DNA of 64,000 nt, taken from contig CM052817.1 in assembly GCA_028534125.1 (NCBI GenBank), positions 98,706,001 through 98,770,000 of the forward strand, written 5' to 3'. The notes beneath the pieces are model-generated. The model was given only the letters and a program-made list of their open reading frames with translations. It did no database searches and had not been told where the DNA came from. Made by a program: the position numbers and the translations under genes. This stretch comes from Lama glama. Lineage: Eukaryota. Positions 38,631 through 51,200 of this stretch are shown in pieces; positions within the stretch are counted from its first letter, which is position 1, and every line of letters begins with the position of its first letter.

Positions 38631-40729
38631 TGAGAGGGGAAGTAGTGTAAAGTAAAACCAAGAGATGTTCAAGGCAAGTTTCTTAGGTAAAGCTCCACAA
38701 GGAAGTGTGGAATAAACAAATCTCATTGAAACAAATTATGCCAAATAAAAATGTACACTGTATTTCTTAAGCAAGGTGGAGGTGGAGGGGTGGGGGGTGG
38801 GGGGGTGGGGAGTTACCACTTGGCTAAAGGCAGTCCTAAAATTCTAAGATGAAATTGCTGGTCTGTGAGAGCTAAAGAGAAGTGTAGAGAACAAAGAACA
38901 ATTACCTTTCTTTCAGGCCTTTTTGAATTTTTCTGCCACAAGTGGGTTTTAGAAGGTCCTTCTTGGATATCATCAGGAAATTTTTCACACGCTCTCAATA
39001 TTTTGTGATTGACAATTATTATATATCAAGAGCAGAAACAAGTCCTTTCTAATCATGCAAAAAATAGAGATTTTGGATTGAAATTCTTGGATTCTCTGTA
39101 GAGTAGGGATGAAGCCATTTTTAAAGCACTCTGCACAAAAGTTTTTGCTCAGATAAGTGTTATGCTAAGAGGGGTTAGCAAAGGATATACAGAAGTCACA
39201 ACCAACAGGGAGCAGAGGTCAAGGTGGGCTTCCAGGTGGTTAAGAAGCAGGGCCAGGCCCTCCTAAAAAAGCCTTAGAAGCATGAATTGGAGGATAGAGA
39301 GAACAACCACCAAGGAGAATTAGACTGTCTCTGGAAGGATGAATGATTAGCAAATCAGAAAGTGTTTCCTGGTTAGAAAAAAAATGGGGGCATCTCAACA
39401 AAGGAAATGCCAGTTGAAGTATCTTATTCTGCAAATTCTGCAATCCCTTGGAAGGGGACAACTTCCTTTGGTTCTATAAATTTTAAATCATGAAATAACA
39501 CAAATTAATTTATAGTTGCCCACCTAGAACTCCCAAATTTTGTTTGCATTAGAATTGCAATGTTGAAACTAATTTTTTCCACCCCAGTAAATCTTCAAAT
39601 TTTGGCCAACTAGGTCTTGAGATATACCACATTCAGCTAAGCAAATATCTTATGAAAACTGATTGCATCTTAATTCTTAGATGAAGGTCAGGGATAAAGT
39701 TCTTCAAACAAATTAATGTGAAGAGCTGGACCAAAACAATTTTTAAAATTAGGTAATAGCTTTGGAAATACTTTCTCTTCTCCTCCCCTCCCCTCTAAAG
39801 CCCCCCTCTAAAAAGCAGTAATCTTTGCTTAATTTAGGGATATAAAGTTAGGAAATAGTGTTAAAATACTAATATATTATAGCCTTGTATTAACTATTTA
39901 AGAAGGGTGAAAAACTTTTTCATGAATCTTTGAGTGAGAACCTTTTTTGTCAATTTCTAACATAAGTGATATCCCTCAGTGAACATGTATTTTCAAAAGA
40001 AAACAAGTCATACCAAAGTAATATTTTCCTAAATGTTATCTGATACATTTTTATAGCAAATTGAAAATTCTGAGTAAAGTGAAGGTATGTTTAACAACAA
40101 AATTAATACAGCTTATATGTCCACCTTACAGGTAGGTGTCTTGGTTTAAAGGCAGCAGTTAATTTGCATTCTGCAACCAGTCTGTAAATCCAATTATTTT
40201 TACTGGACTTTTATAGTGATAGCATCTCATAAAGCCAAGTACCCTGTGCTAAAAATGTCTTTTTTTTGGCATCTGGCTATGCAAAAACTTCTGAGATACT
40301 TTCTTCAAATTAGTATAATGCAATTTTTCACTTTTGCAGAAAAATATGAAGCTTTACCAAACACTTATTCTTACTGAACAAAAGCTAGATTACTACCAAC
40401 TGTTTCTTTAATTTTGGTCTAAAAGAATTGTTTAAAGTTTAGACATCGCTGATGTTTTTTAATTGCACACTTGTGGAAGATAGACAAGTAAAGAACACTA
40501 GACAATTTCAAAAGACAAATCTGAGTATCAGATATCATTATCCTTAGTATATTTAATATTCAGAATAAAGTCCATAGAAGTGAAACTAACAAAATTTTCA
40601 AAGAATTCATACATGGTAGAGTCTTAGGACAAGGAACTTCTAAATGAAAGAAGGAAGAGATTCAAGCTTTAGGCCATATGTGTATATGTGTAAATGTCCT
40701 AAAGCTTGAATGATTGAACTCCATCCTAC

Positions 40730-41217
40730 CAGCCCACAAGATGACCCCATTGAGCCCTGACTCCTGGTACTCATATCGTTGTGTAGTCTCCTCCCACATT
40801 AAACAGGGCCAACCTGTAAAACCTATAGGCTATTAAAGGAATGACAGTGTATGACTTCCAAGGCTGCATCATAAAAGACATTTGATTTCCACTATGTTCT
40901 TTCTTGGATGCTTGCTCTGGAGGAAGTCAGCGGACATGCAGTGACAACACTCAAACAACCCTACAGAGGGGTGCTCCTAGCAAGGAACTGAGGCCTCCTA
41001 CAAAACCCGTGAGTGACCACCTCCAAAGCAGCTCTTCCAGCACCAGTCCAACCTTCAGGTGACTGCAGCCCCAGTCAACATCTTGATTACAATCTCATGA
41101 GATTTCAAAGGAGGCTGTTCCTAGATCCCTGACCGACAGAAACTGCTGAGATAATACGTGTTTATTGACGTCAATCACTAGGTGTGGGATAATTTGTTAC
41201 TATGGCGATAGATTACA
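40730..41217 (+). mobile_element. MLT1F-like MaLR LTR
   Basis: aagatgacccc...tgtgtagtctcctcccacatt...gacttccaaggct...gaactgaggcctcc...ataatttgttact. Confidence 0.8.
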
Positions 41218-41353
41218 AAATGGTTTTTTTCCCCAAAAACAGTAATAGCAAAACAAATGAACAGACCCATTTTAAGTTATTTATGAAATTGAAAGGCTCT
41301 GCAGTTGCTAGCTCTTAATGAGGCCTTATTTCAAGAAATTTGCCATTTAGTTC

Positions 41354-41524
41354 CTTGTTTCTCAAAGTGTTGTACCAAGACCAGAAATGCTGATATTCCC
41401 TGGGAGCATAATTATTAGAAAGGTAGAATCTCAGATTCTACCCCAGACCTACTGAATCAGAACCTACATTTTATGAGATTTCCCCAATGCATGTATGTAC
41501 ACCACAGTTTGAGAAGCAGCACTG
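41354..41524. mobile_element. MER5 (hAT-Charlie)
   Basis: tttctcaaagtgt...ccccagacctactgaatcagaa...cagtttgagaagca. Confidence 0.8.
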
Positions 41525-42539
41525 ACTCATTTGAATCTTAATGTTACGGTGTAGAGTTGGCAACCCTGACTGTACCTTAGAAGCACTTTCAAAAAATACT
41601 GTTGGAGAAGTCCATCCCAGAAATTCTATTTGGGCTGGGTTGAGGTCTATCATGGCCACGGACCTAATTATATTGCAGAATTTTCCCTCTGGAAAACTGT
41701 ATTGAAACCTCAGGTCAGCCCTGATTTCCCTGCATGCTCTAGTCCTGGTCCTAGAAGTCAGGTATGCCCAGTTGTGTCCGTGAGTCCACTGAGTCAGAGT
41801 CTTCTGGAGCATTCTTTGCATGGGCAGCTTCACAGCTGAAGAACTACTGCATGTATTTCTGCCTTCTTATTGGTGCTCTTCCAGGATTCAGTTCATTTCA
41901 AGAAAAGTATCCATGTTCTTACCTTACAGATCGGTTTGAATTTGCTCTCTAGAGCCACTCAGAGAACCAGGTGCTGAATAACCAAACGCTTCAGGGTAAC
42001 TTGTCCATCTGTCAGATGAGGACCAAACTTCCTTCACTTACATCTGTTCCGGACGGCAAAATGGAAGTAACTATTTCTCATAAGCCTTTGGAAAATAGGC
42101 TTTTATTGTTGACCAGATATTACTAAATTAAGACTTCCAGTACAATGGGTGCTTACAAATTGTCAAACCCATTACTTAATAAGCAGCTCAAATTGACAGC
42201 AGTATCACTTGAAAGTAAAGCGTGTGGGGGTGCAGGGGTTATGTTTCCTTTACTAATGCATCCCCAGTGACAGACAATGCCTGGCACATTGCATGCTTTA
42301 ATAAACGTTTGTTGACTTAACAAATTCCTCAAAAAACAATAATTTCTGATCATTCATTCATTCAAAGTTACTGGATGTACTGTATTAGCGAATCTGCAAC
42401 GGAAATTGTTTGATCAAAGGATTTTTAAACAAAGCTCCAGATTTCCTTTTAAAAATAAATTGTGTGTCCGAATTCAATGCCAGGTTTCGGATTCCTGCCG
42501 TAGCTTGGCCTCGGCTCCTCATTTGGAGGCTGGCTAAGG

Positions 42540-44100
42540 GATGTGATCCCTGCCCTTGAATCTCCTTCCTTTGTGGTTTTTTTGGCCTGCGCGGCTCCGT
42601 TTCCCAGGCGGAGGAGCGCGCGCCGCGGCTGCGCCCATCAGCGCGCGGCGCGGGTCTGTGGCTGGCAGGCGGGCGGGGCCGCCTAGGACCCCGGAGGAGC
42701 CGCTCCTGTCGCGCCGCAGAGCCTCCCCGCGGCCCAGTCCGGCTCCCTCCCGTCGCCCACCTCCCTCCCTCCGGGGCTTGGCATCCCCTGGCGGGTAGGA
42801 AGCCCGCTCCAGCCCTGGCGGCGCAGTCGGCCCCGGGCGCGGAAGCTCGCGGGTGGGCCGGGCCGGCCGGCAGCGGCGGAGGCGGGCTGCGCTATTTCCC
42901 GCTAGGGCCGGACTCTGTGGAGGGACGGGCCCGGCACACGGCGCTTCCAGCCCCGGCGGGCGCGCGTCACCCCTCGGGCAGGGCCTGGGGCGAGCGAGGC
43001 GGCGGCGCGGCTTCTCGGGCCTCGGGCCAGGCGCGTGGGCGGGCCGGGGCTGGGCCGACGCCCCCACGCGCCCGCGGCGCTTCTCCCACGCTCGCGGCTC
43101 GGCCCCGCCCCCCCGCTTCTCACCCCGCCTCCCCACCGGCTCTCCCGGGAGCGGCGGGCGGACGCGAGCCGCGGCGGGCGCTCGAGCTTTGTGTGCGCCT
43201 GCGGGCCCGGGGCGAGCCTCGGGCGGCCCAACTTGGCGGCAGCCGGCCGGCTCCAGAGCAGGGGTTGTGAGGCGTGGCCGGGTGGAGGAGGCGCCTCTGG
43301 GGGCGTGGGGCTCCCCGGCGGGCGGGACGCACTGAGAGAGCCGCGCCGGACAATGAGCTGGGCAGCTTGACGCTGCGGCCACTTTTAGGGGGCGCGGGCC
43401 GGCCGGCGCCTCCGCGGCTCCACCTGCGAGGAGAGGGCGGGATGCCAGAGCCAGGTGTCCCGGCGCTTTAAGGCCCCTCGCTGTGAGACGTCTCCGAACC
43501 GGTTCTCGCCTGGGCTCTCGACACCGGCTTACCTTGAGGCTCTGACTGGGACGTGTTTGGCGGGGCGCCCTCGGAGCCGCCGTGATGGCCAGCACTAGGA
43601 GTATTGAGCTGGAGCACTTTGAGGAACGGGACAAAAGGCCGCGGCCGGGGTCGCGGAGAGGGGCGCCCAGCTCCTCCGGGGGCAGCAGCAGCTCGGGCCC
43701 CAAGGGGAACGGGCTCATCCCCAGCCCGGCGCACAGTGCCCACTGCAGCTTCTACCGCACGCGGACCCTGCAGGCCCTGAGCTCGGAAAAGAAGGCCAAG
43801 AAGGCGCGCTTCTACCGGAATGGGGACCGCTACTTCAAAGGCCTGGTGTTTGCCATTTCCAGCGACCGCTTCCGGTCCTTCGATGCGCTGCTCATGGAGC
43901 TCACCCGCTCCCTGTCGGACAACGTGAACCTGCCCCAGGGCGTCCGCACCATCTACACCATCGACGGCAGCCGGAAGGTCACCAGCCTGGACGAGCTACT
44001 GGAAGGTAGGAGGGGAGGGCCCGGCGCGGCAGGTGCGGCCCAGCGCGCCGGCAGGTGCACCCGCCCGCCCCGCGCTGGGGGAGCCTGCGGGGTGTTTTCT
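42540..44100 (+). promoter_or_regulatory. DCLK2: CpG island: DCLK2 promoter and 5' UTR
   Basis: Abrupt switch to very high GC with dense CpG; GC box ggccccgccccc at 43101-43112; spans exon 1. Confidence 0.92.
43585..44005 (+). CDS. DCLK2: DCLK2 (doublecortin-like kinase 2) coding exon 1: N-terminus and most of the first DCX domain
   Basis: ATG at 43585 in strong Kozak context (gccgtgATGg). Translates [26 protein letters not shown]...[32 protein letters not shown]...VTSLDELLE, the DCLK2 N-terminus. Donor GAAG|gtagg at 44006; 421 nt, phase 1. Confidence 0.97.
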
Positions 44101-44524
44101 AGGCAGCCTCGGGAATTGTCTGGGTCTGTCTGCTTTCCCGCAGGTTCCGGGTGTGGGAACTCGCTTCCATATATCCTCTGACTGTCCTTCCCAAGAGATT
44201 TGCCTTTAAATAAGAAAGAAAGAAATCCTAGCGGGCTTGGGTGACACCTCAAGATTGGCGAACTTGTTCTGGGGTTTTTGTTTTTTCGAAGTGCAAACTC
44301 TTTGTAAGAGGAGCTCTCCCGTGAGGATCTAGGTGACCCTCCAGCTAATAAGCTGTCTGTTCAGCCCTGTTTGTGGACCTCGGTGCTGGCACCTGTGGTG
44401 TTTCAGCGTTCAGGACCCAGTGGTACCTGCTCTACTCAGAAGTTGTGGCTGTGAAACACTAGGTTGGCTTTCCTGGCTTGGCTTGCAGCAGAAGTTACAT
44501 GAGGTGAGGACGGGTGATCCTAGA

Positions 44525-44697
44525 CAGAGGTTCTCAGCCTTGGTTGTGTCTTGGATCACTGAGGACTTTAAGAAATTTGGGTGTCTGGGCCTCAACGACA
44601 GGTATTTGGAGGTAATTGGTTTGGGGTGTGGTCTGGGCATCTAATTTTAAAAGCTCCCCAGGTGATTTGAATGTGCAGCTAAGGTTGAGAACTGCTG
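44525..44697. mobile_element. MER5A (hAT-Charlie)
   Basis: cagaggttctca...aagctccccaggtgatt...aggttgagaactgctg. Confidence 0.85.
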
Positions 44698-47600
44698 TGC
44701 TAAAGAGTTTTCCACGTTTGGTTGGTAATTAGGTGAATCAAGGTCTCCTGCCTCAACTACTGAAAGTAGCTAGTTAAGGTGATAGAGATTATTGGTATCA
44801 GCAGATGGGGCCTATTATAAATTAAGCATAGAGTGTCAACCATGCTTCACTTAAAGGGAGTGCTTGGCTGTATGTTGTGTCATCCTTGAATTCCTGCAAT
44901 ATTTATTCTTCAGGGAAAGAAAGCATTACCAGTAGTTTAGAACCTACATCCAGCTGTAAACATGTAAAGATCAGATGGAACCCAAGTATGTACTGACCGC
45001 GTGTTTACACGCAGTCTACTGTCATGCATCTTTCTTAAAGCAAATGGCGCATTCCAGGTAGTCATAGCAATACTGGCTTGGCAGGGAGAGGAAACTGAAC
45101 TTAGAGCCAGCTATTTTTTTCTTATATTAGCTCATCATGTTCTTCTGTTCTGAAGGCATTATGTCTATTGTACACATGTAGGAAACTTAAGCAACGTGCC
45201 TTGTCACACAGGACCTGCAGTATATGCCCTTTCAACTCCACTTTTAATGAGTAGGTGTAGCCACACTGCAGAGTCTTGAAAATGATTTCTGTTTAGTCAC
45301 AGTTGTCAAGAGTTTTCCCTTCCCTGGCTAGATGCAGACCCAGCTGAAACTAAGTTGTCTTTTCTGCGTGTGTTTGTGACTTCACAAATTCTCTTGCTCT
45401 CTTGACTGTTTTGGTTTTAAGCCCTTCCTGAGGAGATGATGACTACTGGAGGAGTATAAATAAAATGAAGGTACATGGTTCAAAGGGTGCTTTATCGTGT
45501 TACATACTTAGAAGCAACATTTGCCTAGATATTTTAAAAATGAGTAACAAAGTTTCTGATTGACCCAAGGCTAGATTAGTAGCCTTATGGAAGGATCCAG
45601 GCAATGCCTTTTGCTTAAACAGTCACATGCCCTTGGGATACTGTGCCTGGTGTGGTCTGAGGAGGGACCACAGTTTTATCCTTCTCTGAAGTAGTTTTAA
45701 CAGTGTATTTGCTACATGAAATGATTGTACTCCAAAAATGAATACCATCATAGGGGAGATGGTCTAGGTGTTCATTATGCATATTAATTGAAGGCATATA
45801 TTGTACATTCAGTTGGACATTGTTCAAGTGGTGCCTGGTTTACCAAGTCTCATTCTCAAACTGTAGTCTCAATGATGAATTGAAGGGGGACAGATATCCC
45901 TCCGTTCATTCATTCACTAATTTTTGGAGGAGGGGGAACCATAAGCATATGTAGAGCTCCAGGTACAGTCTATGAAAAATACTACTAGAACACAAATATT
46001 TGCACCACAGAAATGTTTCCCTAGTATAGCCAATTGCCCCCTTATTTCAAGAAGTATTAAATATCATCAAATCACTGCAAAAGAAGGAAATTGGTGCACT
46101 TTTGTCACAGTGGCATTCTCTCTGACAATAGATCTTTGTCTAAGTCTTGAATTTCCCACAAAATGAGTGGAATACCCTGTTTCAAGGCTATTTTAAGAAA
46201 AGACAGAACCATCAATGCAGTATCAACCATTCAAGAATTTAAATACTTTCCAGTTTTAATTAAAATTGTGTGCTCAGTTGTTCAGATTTATCATGCAGAA
46301 GAACTACCCAGCTACCTGTGAAGTTATTATTTGCATCAGTAGGCCTGTGGTATTGTCCGTGTTGTCAGAACTGACCATTTCATCTTAGTTCATCATTTTA
46401 AATAAAGATTCTCTGATAATTTTTATACCATTATGTTCAATTATTCTCTCCTTTGCCTTTTCAATCCCATTAAATTTGCAGTTTAGGAGGTTTTTTTTTT
46501 TAATGTTTTTTAAAAATGATTTCAGTGAAGAATAGAAAGTGATGACTCAAGGTAGCTAGGCACAGGTGCTCATTCAGAGCCTCAATCCCAGGGAACTCAG
46601 GTGACAAAAGAAATTTGCATGGCTCAGATTTTTTCTTCTGCCCTTGACCTTGAGAGTCTTTGAAGACTAAGACCAGTGTTCAGGTATAGGCTGGCACTCC
46701 TGCACTACACTAAACCAGCAGATGTCTTCAGCCTGTTGGTTTATCTCCCCTAACTGCACTAATTTCAATGAGTTGCTTCTGTGCATCCCTATAATCCGGT
46801 TTAATCCTTTAGAACTGGGTGGGGACTTTCTCTCAAAGGAGGACTGTGAGTCTTAACAATCAATAATGGGAAAATCAGGTTGAGCTGTCTGAAGCCATGC
46901 ACCAGCCAAACGTGTAGCATCTCTGGGAGACAACTGAGGATGTCCAGATAACATGTTCCTAAGTTCTCACGTTCAGGGCTAAGAGTCAGAACTCTTAGTT
47001 TTGTTCCATGAGTGTTCTCTTCTTTGGAACATTTAAGCTATAGTTGTGAAATGTCGGTGTCCCAAAGGGAGATGTCCAAGGACAGTAGAAACAGTGCCTG
47101 GTCAAGTCAGCATCCCTAGGTTCTACTGACTGTGGACTGGAGAAAAGTTCACCTTGGATCTCAGCCTCAGTGTCCTGTCTGTTGGCAGATCACCTAAGTT
47201 AGATAGATCCCTTCTGGTCTGAAAGTATACCCCTTCCTCTGCCTAAGGGGTTGTTTATAGAGAGTGTGATGGCTTTTTCCTACCCAGAAGCTGTCTTCTG
47301 GAAAATTGACAAGGCTGCAAATGTCCTGCATAGCAAGGGGTGGGTATGTGGCTCTGCTGAAGTGTTTGCCAGGAGCCAAAAAAAAAAAAAAAATAGCTAT
47401 CTGTCTCTGCCTCTTTTATTCCAAGGTAATAGGTCATGGTCATGTTATGTTGTTTATACCCTTTAACCCTCAGTCAACAGTAAATAAGCTGATCAGATTT
47501 TTTGGCATGGGGGAGAATTTCGATTAATTTGATAGGTTGTACTTCCATTCTTCTATTAAGTTAACTTGAAAATTAGCTTGAGTTAACTTGAATTTAAGAG

Positions 47601-48148
47601 AAATCAAGTTCTAAAAGAAAAAAAAAACCCAAGAATTTGAAGTTTGTGAGGTTCTCTTACTCAGCCTAGTTTACTGAGTCCCCTTGGTTAGGTCAGTCTC
47701 TTTGAGATGTTAAACTAAACCAAATTACAGTGACAGTTAACTTTTAAGTAAAAATGAGTCTCCATAAGAACTCAGATTATAGGTTTTTTTCCTCTACTGA
47801 AAGATAGATCTTTATGGTAATAATAGAAACTGAGCTCTTGGAACTTGTAGTGAGGAAAGCAATGTGTAAATCCATGAGATGTATACGATACTTGCACATA
47901 GTAGTGAACAGCAGTACACATTTGTGATGATTGGACATGGTAATTTAACATTGAATCCTAGGTCTGCAAAGCCTTCTCTACTCTGCTGACTGTTAGATTC
48001 TTCAAGACCCTCTTCAAATATCACCTTTCTATGGAGTCTCTTACCAGACCTCAGGGGTGTTAGTCTCAAAGAGTTGTTGATTGAGAGCATATTTGTTGTT
48101 GTTCCAGGTACTGGGGGTACAGTTTTTCTTCCCTCAAGATTCTTACAT

Positions 48149-48171
48149 GAGAGAGAGAGAGAGAAAACACA

Positions 48172-48222
<51 letters not shown>
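48149..48222. repeat. (GA)n(CA)n compound microsatellite
   Basis: Direct reading. Confidence 0.95.
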
Positions 48223-48224
<2 letters not shown>

Positions 48225-51200
48225 TGGTTTCAGTGGAAGGGGTGTAAATGAAATGATAATGAGATGGGGCGGGAGGACCACACTGGCCAGGATGATGGAA
48301 AAGGCTTCCCAGGGGAACAGATGTTGAAGCCAAGGCCTGAGGTCAAACTTATAACTCTCCCCTCTGCTTACTCACAGCATTTTTTCTTACCTCTGGCAGG
48401 TAACACTTATCTTTGTAATTAATGGTATACTGGGTCTGACTTTTGCTCCAGACTGAGTGTGTCCTGAGGTTAGGGGTCTTGGACATACAATAAATTCGTT
48501 AAATAATAGCCCAGAAAATAATTTTACCTCCAACTCTGTCGATAGTCAAGGGAAGTTTTGTAGGAGTTAAGTTTGGATAGGGTTGTTCCTGTATATTTGT
48601 GAAAATATGTGTTTTGAAAAATTGGATTATATGTCAGATAAATCAAAGATGATGTGCTAACTCGTCATTGTGGAGAGAATGACCCTTCTGCAGGACTTGC
48701 TTCTGTAAATCTGATTCTTCTCTTCATCTCATGTCCTTAAAACAGGGGACTCAGACCTGCTATCCCACAGCTGCGTAATAAGCTCTTTGGATGCAGTGGG
48801 AAGAGATGTTTCCATTTGATGAATAAAGAATTCTAAAGGGCTGGGGGAAGAGAAGAGCTACTTGGAAGACACAGTGATACACTGGCAGTTGTGAGAAAAG
48901 ATCAATATTCCATGAGGTGTTAAACTATGGGAATGGATATTTTATGGTCCTGGGATATAAAATAAAGGAAACTAGATTCCCTCGGGCAGTGGTGGTCCAA
49001 CTGCTTTCTTCATTGTAGGGAGGGCGGGGGAGTTGCTGTGGGTGTGGACTGCCTGGCCAGGTCTCCTCCTCCTCAGCCCCTCACCGTCCACGCTCCCCCC
49101 ACTTCTGTTTTTACCTCTTCTGTTGATAAAGTAAACCATTACCCTAAGGATTAGGGGTACTTTTCTTCTCAGCATTACTACCATTTTTAAAGATATTTTA
49201 CATGCAGTCATTGTGTGAGATATTATATGTGTTTTGTCTCATTTAACCCTTCTTACACCTTGTGGAATGTGTCTTCATTGTCTTCCCCATTTCATAGCTG
49301 GGGAGGTTGAGACCCCGAGGGGATAAAGAAATTGTCCCCTTGCACCAGTCAGAAGAGGTGGGGCTGGACCCTGAGGCCTTTCTCCTTAGCCTTTGAATGT
49401 CTGTGTTCTTAACTGCTGTTCTATCACCTGTGAGGCAACGGGGTCCATTCTGAACCCTGAGGCTTACATCGGCCATAGATCAGCAACCTAGAGCTCCAGC
49501 ATGGCTGCAGCCACACCTGCTAGACATTTCTATTTGGGAAATGCAGGTTGCGGTCATTCATCAGTCACTGTAGGTGTAAAGATAGTTTTAGCACATCTGT
49601 GTATGGTTCCTGACGTGAAATGCATTATCCTCTCCACGTGCATGGTAAGGTCTGTGCAGTCACATTCTTCAGAGCTGCCTTGCCCGGCTTTGGTTTCCTC
49701 ATCTGCACAGGGAAGGTCAGGTTTGGTAACTGCTAGGACCCCCTCCCCTTTCAGGTTCAGTGATCTCAGGAGATGCTTCTGGAAATGAGAAAGGGAAAGG
49801 ATCTGTCTGTCTCCATGTCTGTCTTTAAGAACCGGCCAGGTTTTGTGATCAGATGTGGTTCCTCAGGTTTAGATGGAGTTCTTAGAATCCTCAGTAATCT
49901 ATAGGAGGGTCTTCCCCATAGAATGTTCTAAGGAAAAAGAAAATTACAAGCCCCATGAGGGCTGGGACCACCGTCATCTTGTTCATGCCCTTATCCCATC
50001 AACCAGTACTTTTGGCAAGTGATGTTGATGATTAATTTTACTTTTGTGCCATAAATAAGATATTTTGATAGGTGGGAGTAGGTGGGTTTGGTGTCTAAAA
50101 ATATCATTCTGAGTTGAGGCAGCCAGGTGGACAGTGGGGTAGATTTGCTGAAGTAGAATAAGTTCACGCAAAAGCCAAATGTTCCTTGCCCCTTCATGTT
50201 TCAGTTTTGAAATAAGTTTTTATTCAAAAGAAAAGATGCAGTATATTTACGTGCTAACAGTTTATCAATTTCACTCGTGTCTGAGATGCCTGACTGAAGT
50301 TTTCTCTTGAGACATCTTTTGTAACCAAATTCTTGTACCTTTATTTTGAACGTGTCTGTTTAAATCTCGGGATTATTCTAAGCCCCCTAATGTCTTCAGC
50401 GTCTGCTTTGAGTTAGTTCTCTGACATGGCTAAGACTTAGTTTTGTTGATCTTTAGCATTTATTCCTCTTTTAAGCTTTATCTTTAGAAATTTTATCTCA
50501 TATATAGTTTAAGTAAAATCTACATACCTTTTGAATTCTGAGTTGGAAATATAGCTTAAAGCTATAATTTAGATGAATATGCTTTCACTCATTAAGACAT
50601 GCTGCAATTTTTATTCTAATCCAGGGTATTTTATCATATTTGCCGTATCTCCTGCAGCCAAAAGCAGTACACTAGCTGTACTGTAATTTGTTGGATGCTG
50701 CTGTCTTAGAGACTGAAGGAATGGGAAAATACTGATTTGTGAGATCAACTTTAGTACTTTTGATTACATTATAACATTTACTAACATCTCGATGTAAATA
50801 AAATAATCTATAGTTACGACCTACTGTGGTACCTTTATATGTTGACTAAATTATAACCACTTGCAACTAAAATATATCACAGTAGAAATTTTAAAATATT
50901 GTCATCGATCTATTTCTTCCTTTATTATGTATGTTTTACAAACTTCAGATTACTTTGCTTATTTCAAAGTTATAGCCATGTAATAATTTCCTAAAGGCAG
51001 TGATTAATGCTCTCTTCCCCAGTATCCTTGCCAGTCATCTTGACCATATTTTACCTCATCTGCTGAGGAATCAAAAAAAGAAAAAAAGAGTTATGGAAAC
51101 TTACTACTGGCAATACTCAAGTTCGTTAAGCCTCTGTCTGTGAGAGAAGGAACTTAAGAAGTAACTCAAAGTAAACTCATCTCTTCTTAGTTTAGAGGTC

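Noticed and set aside
38106..38726. ORFs made of X residues
   Set aside because: Artefacts of the N gap.
42781..42797. CTCF-like motif CCGCCAGGGGATGC (also a weak one near 53840)
   Set aside because: Mismatches in the core; such matches are common by chance in GC-rich DNA.
42534..43718. 394-aa antisense ORF and other long ORFs over the CpG island
   Set aside because: Arg/Pro/Gly/Ala-rich, no recognisable domain; expected where stop codons are scarce in GC-rich DNA.
44006..44181. Exon 1 read-through giving a 199-aa ORF
   Set aside because: GC-rich intron start after a canonical donor; nothing supports retention.
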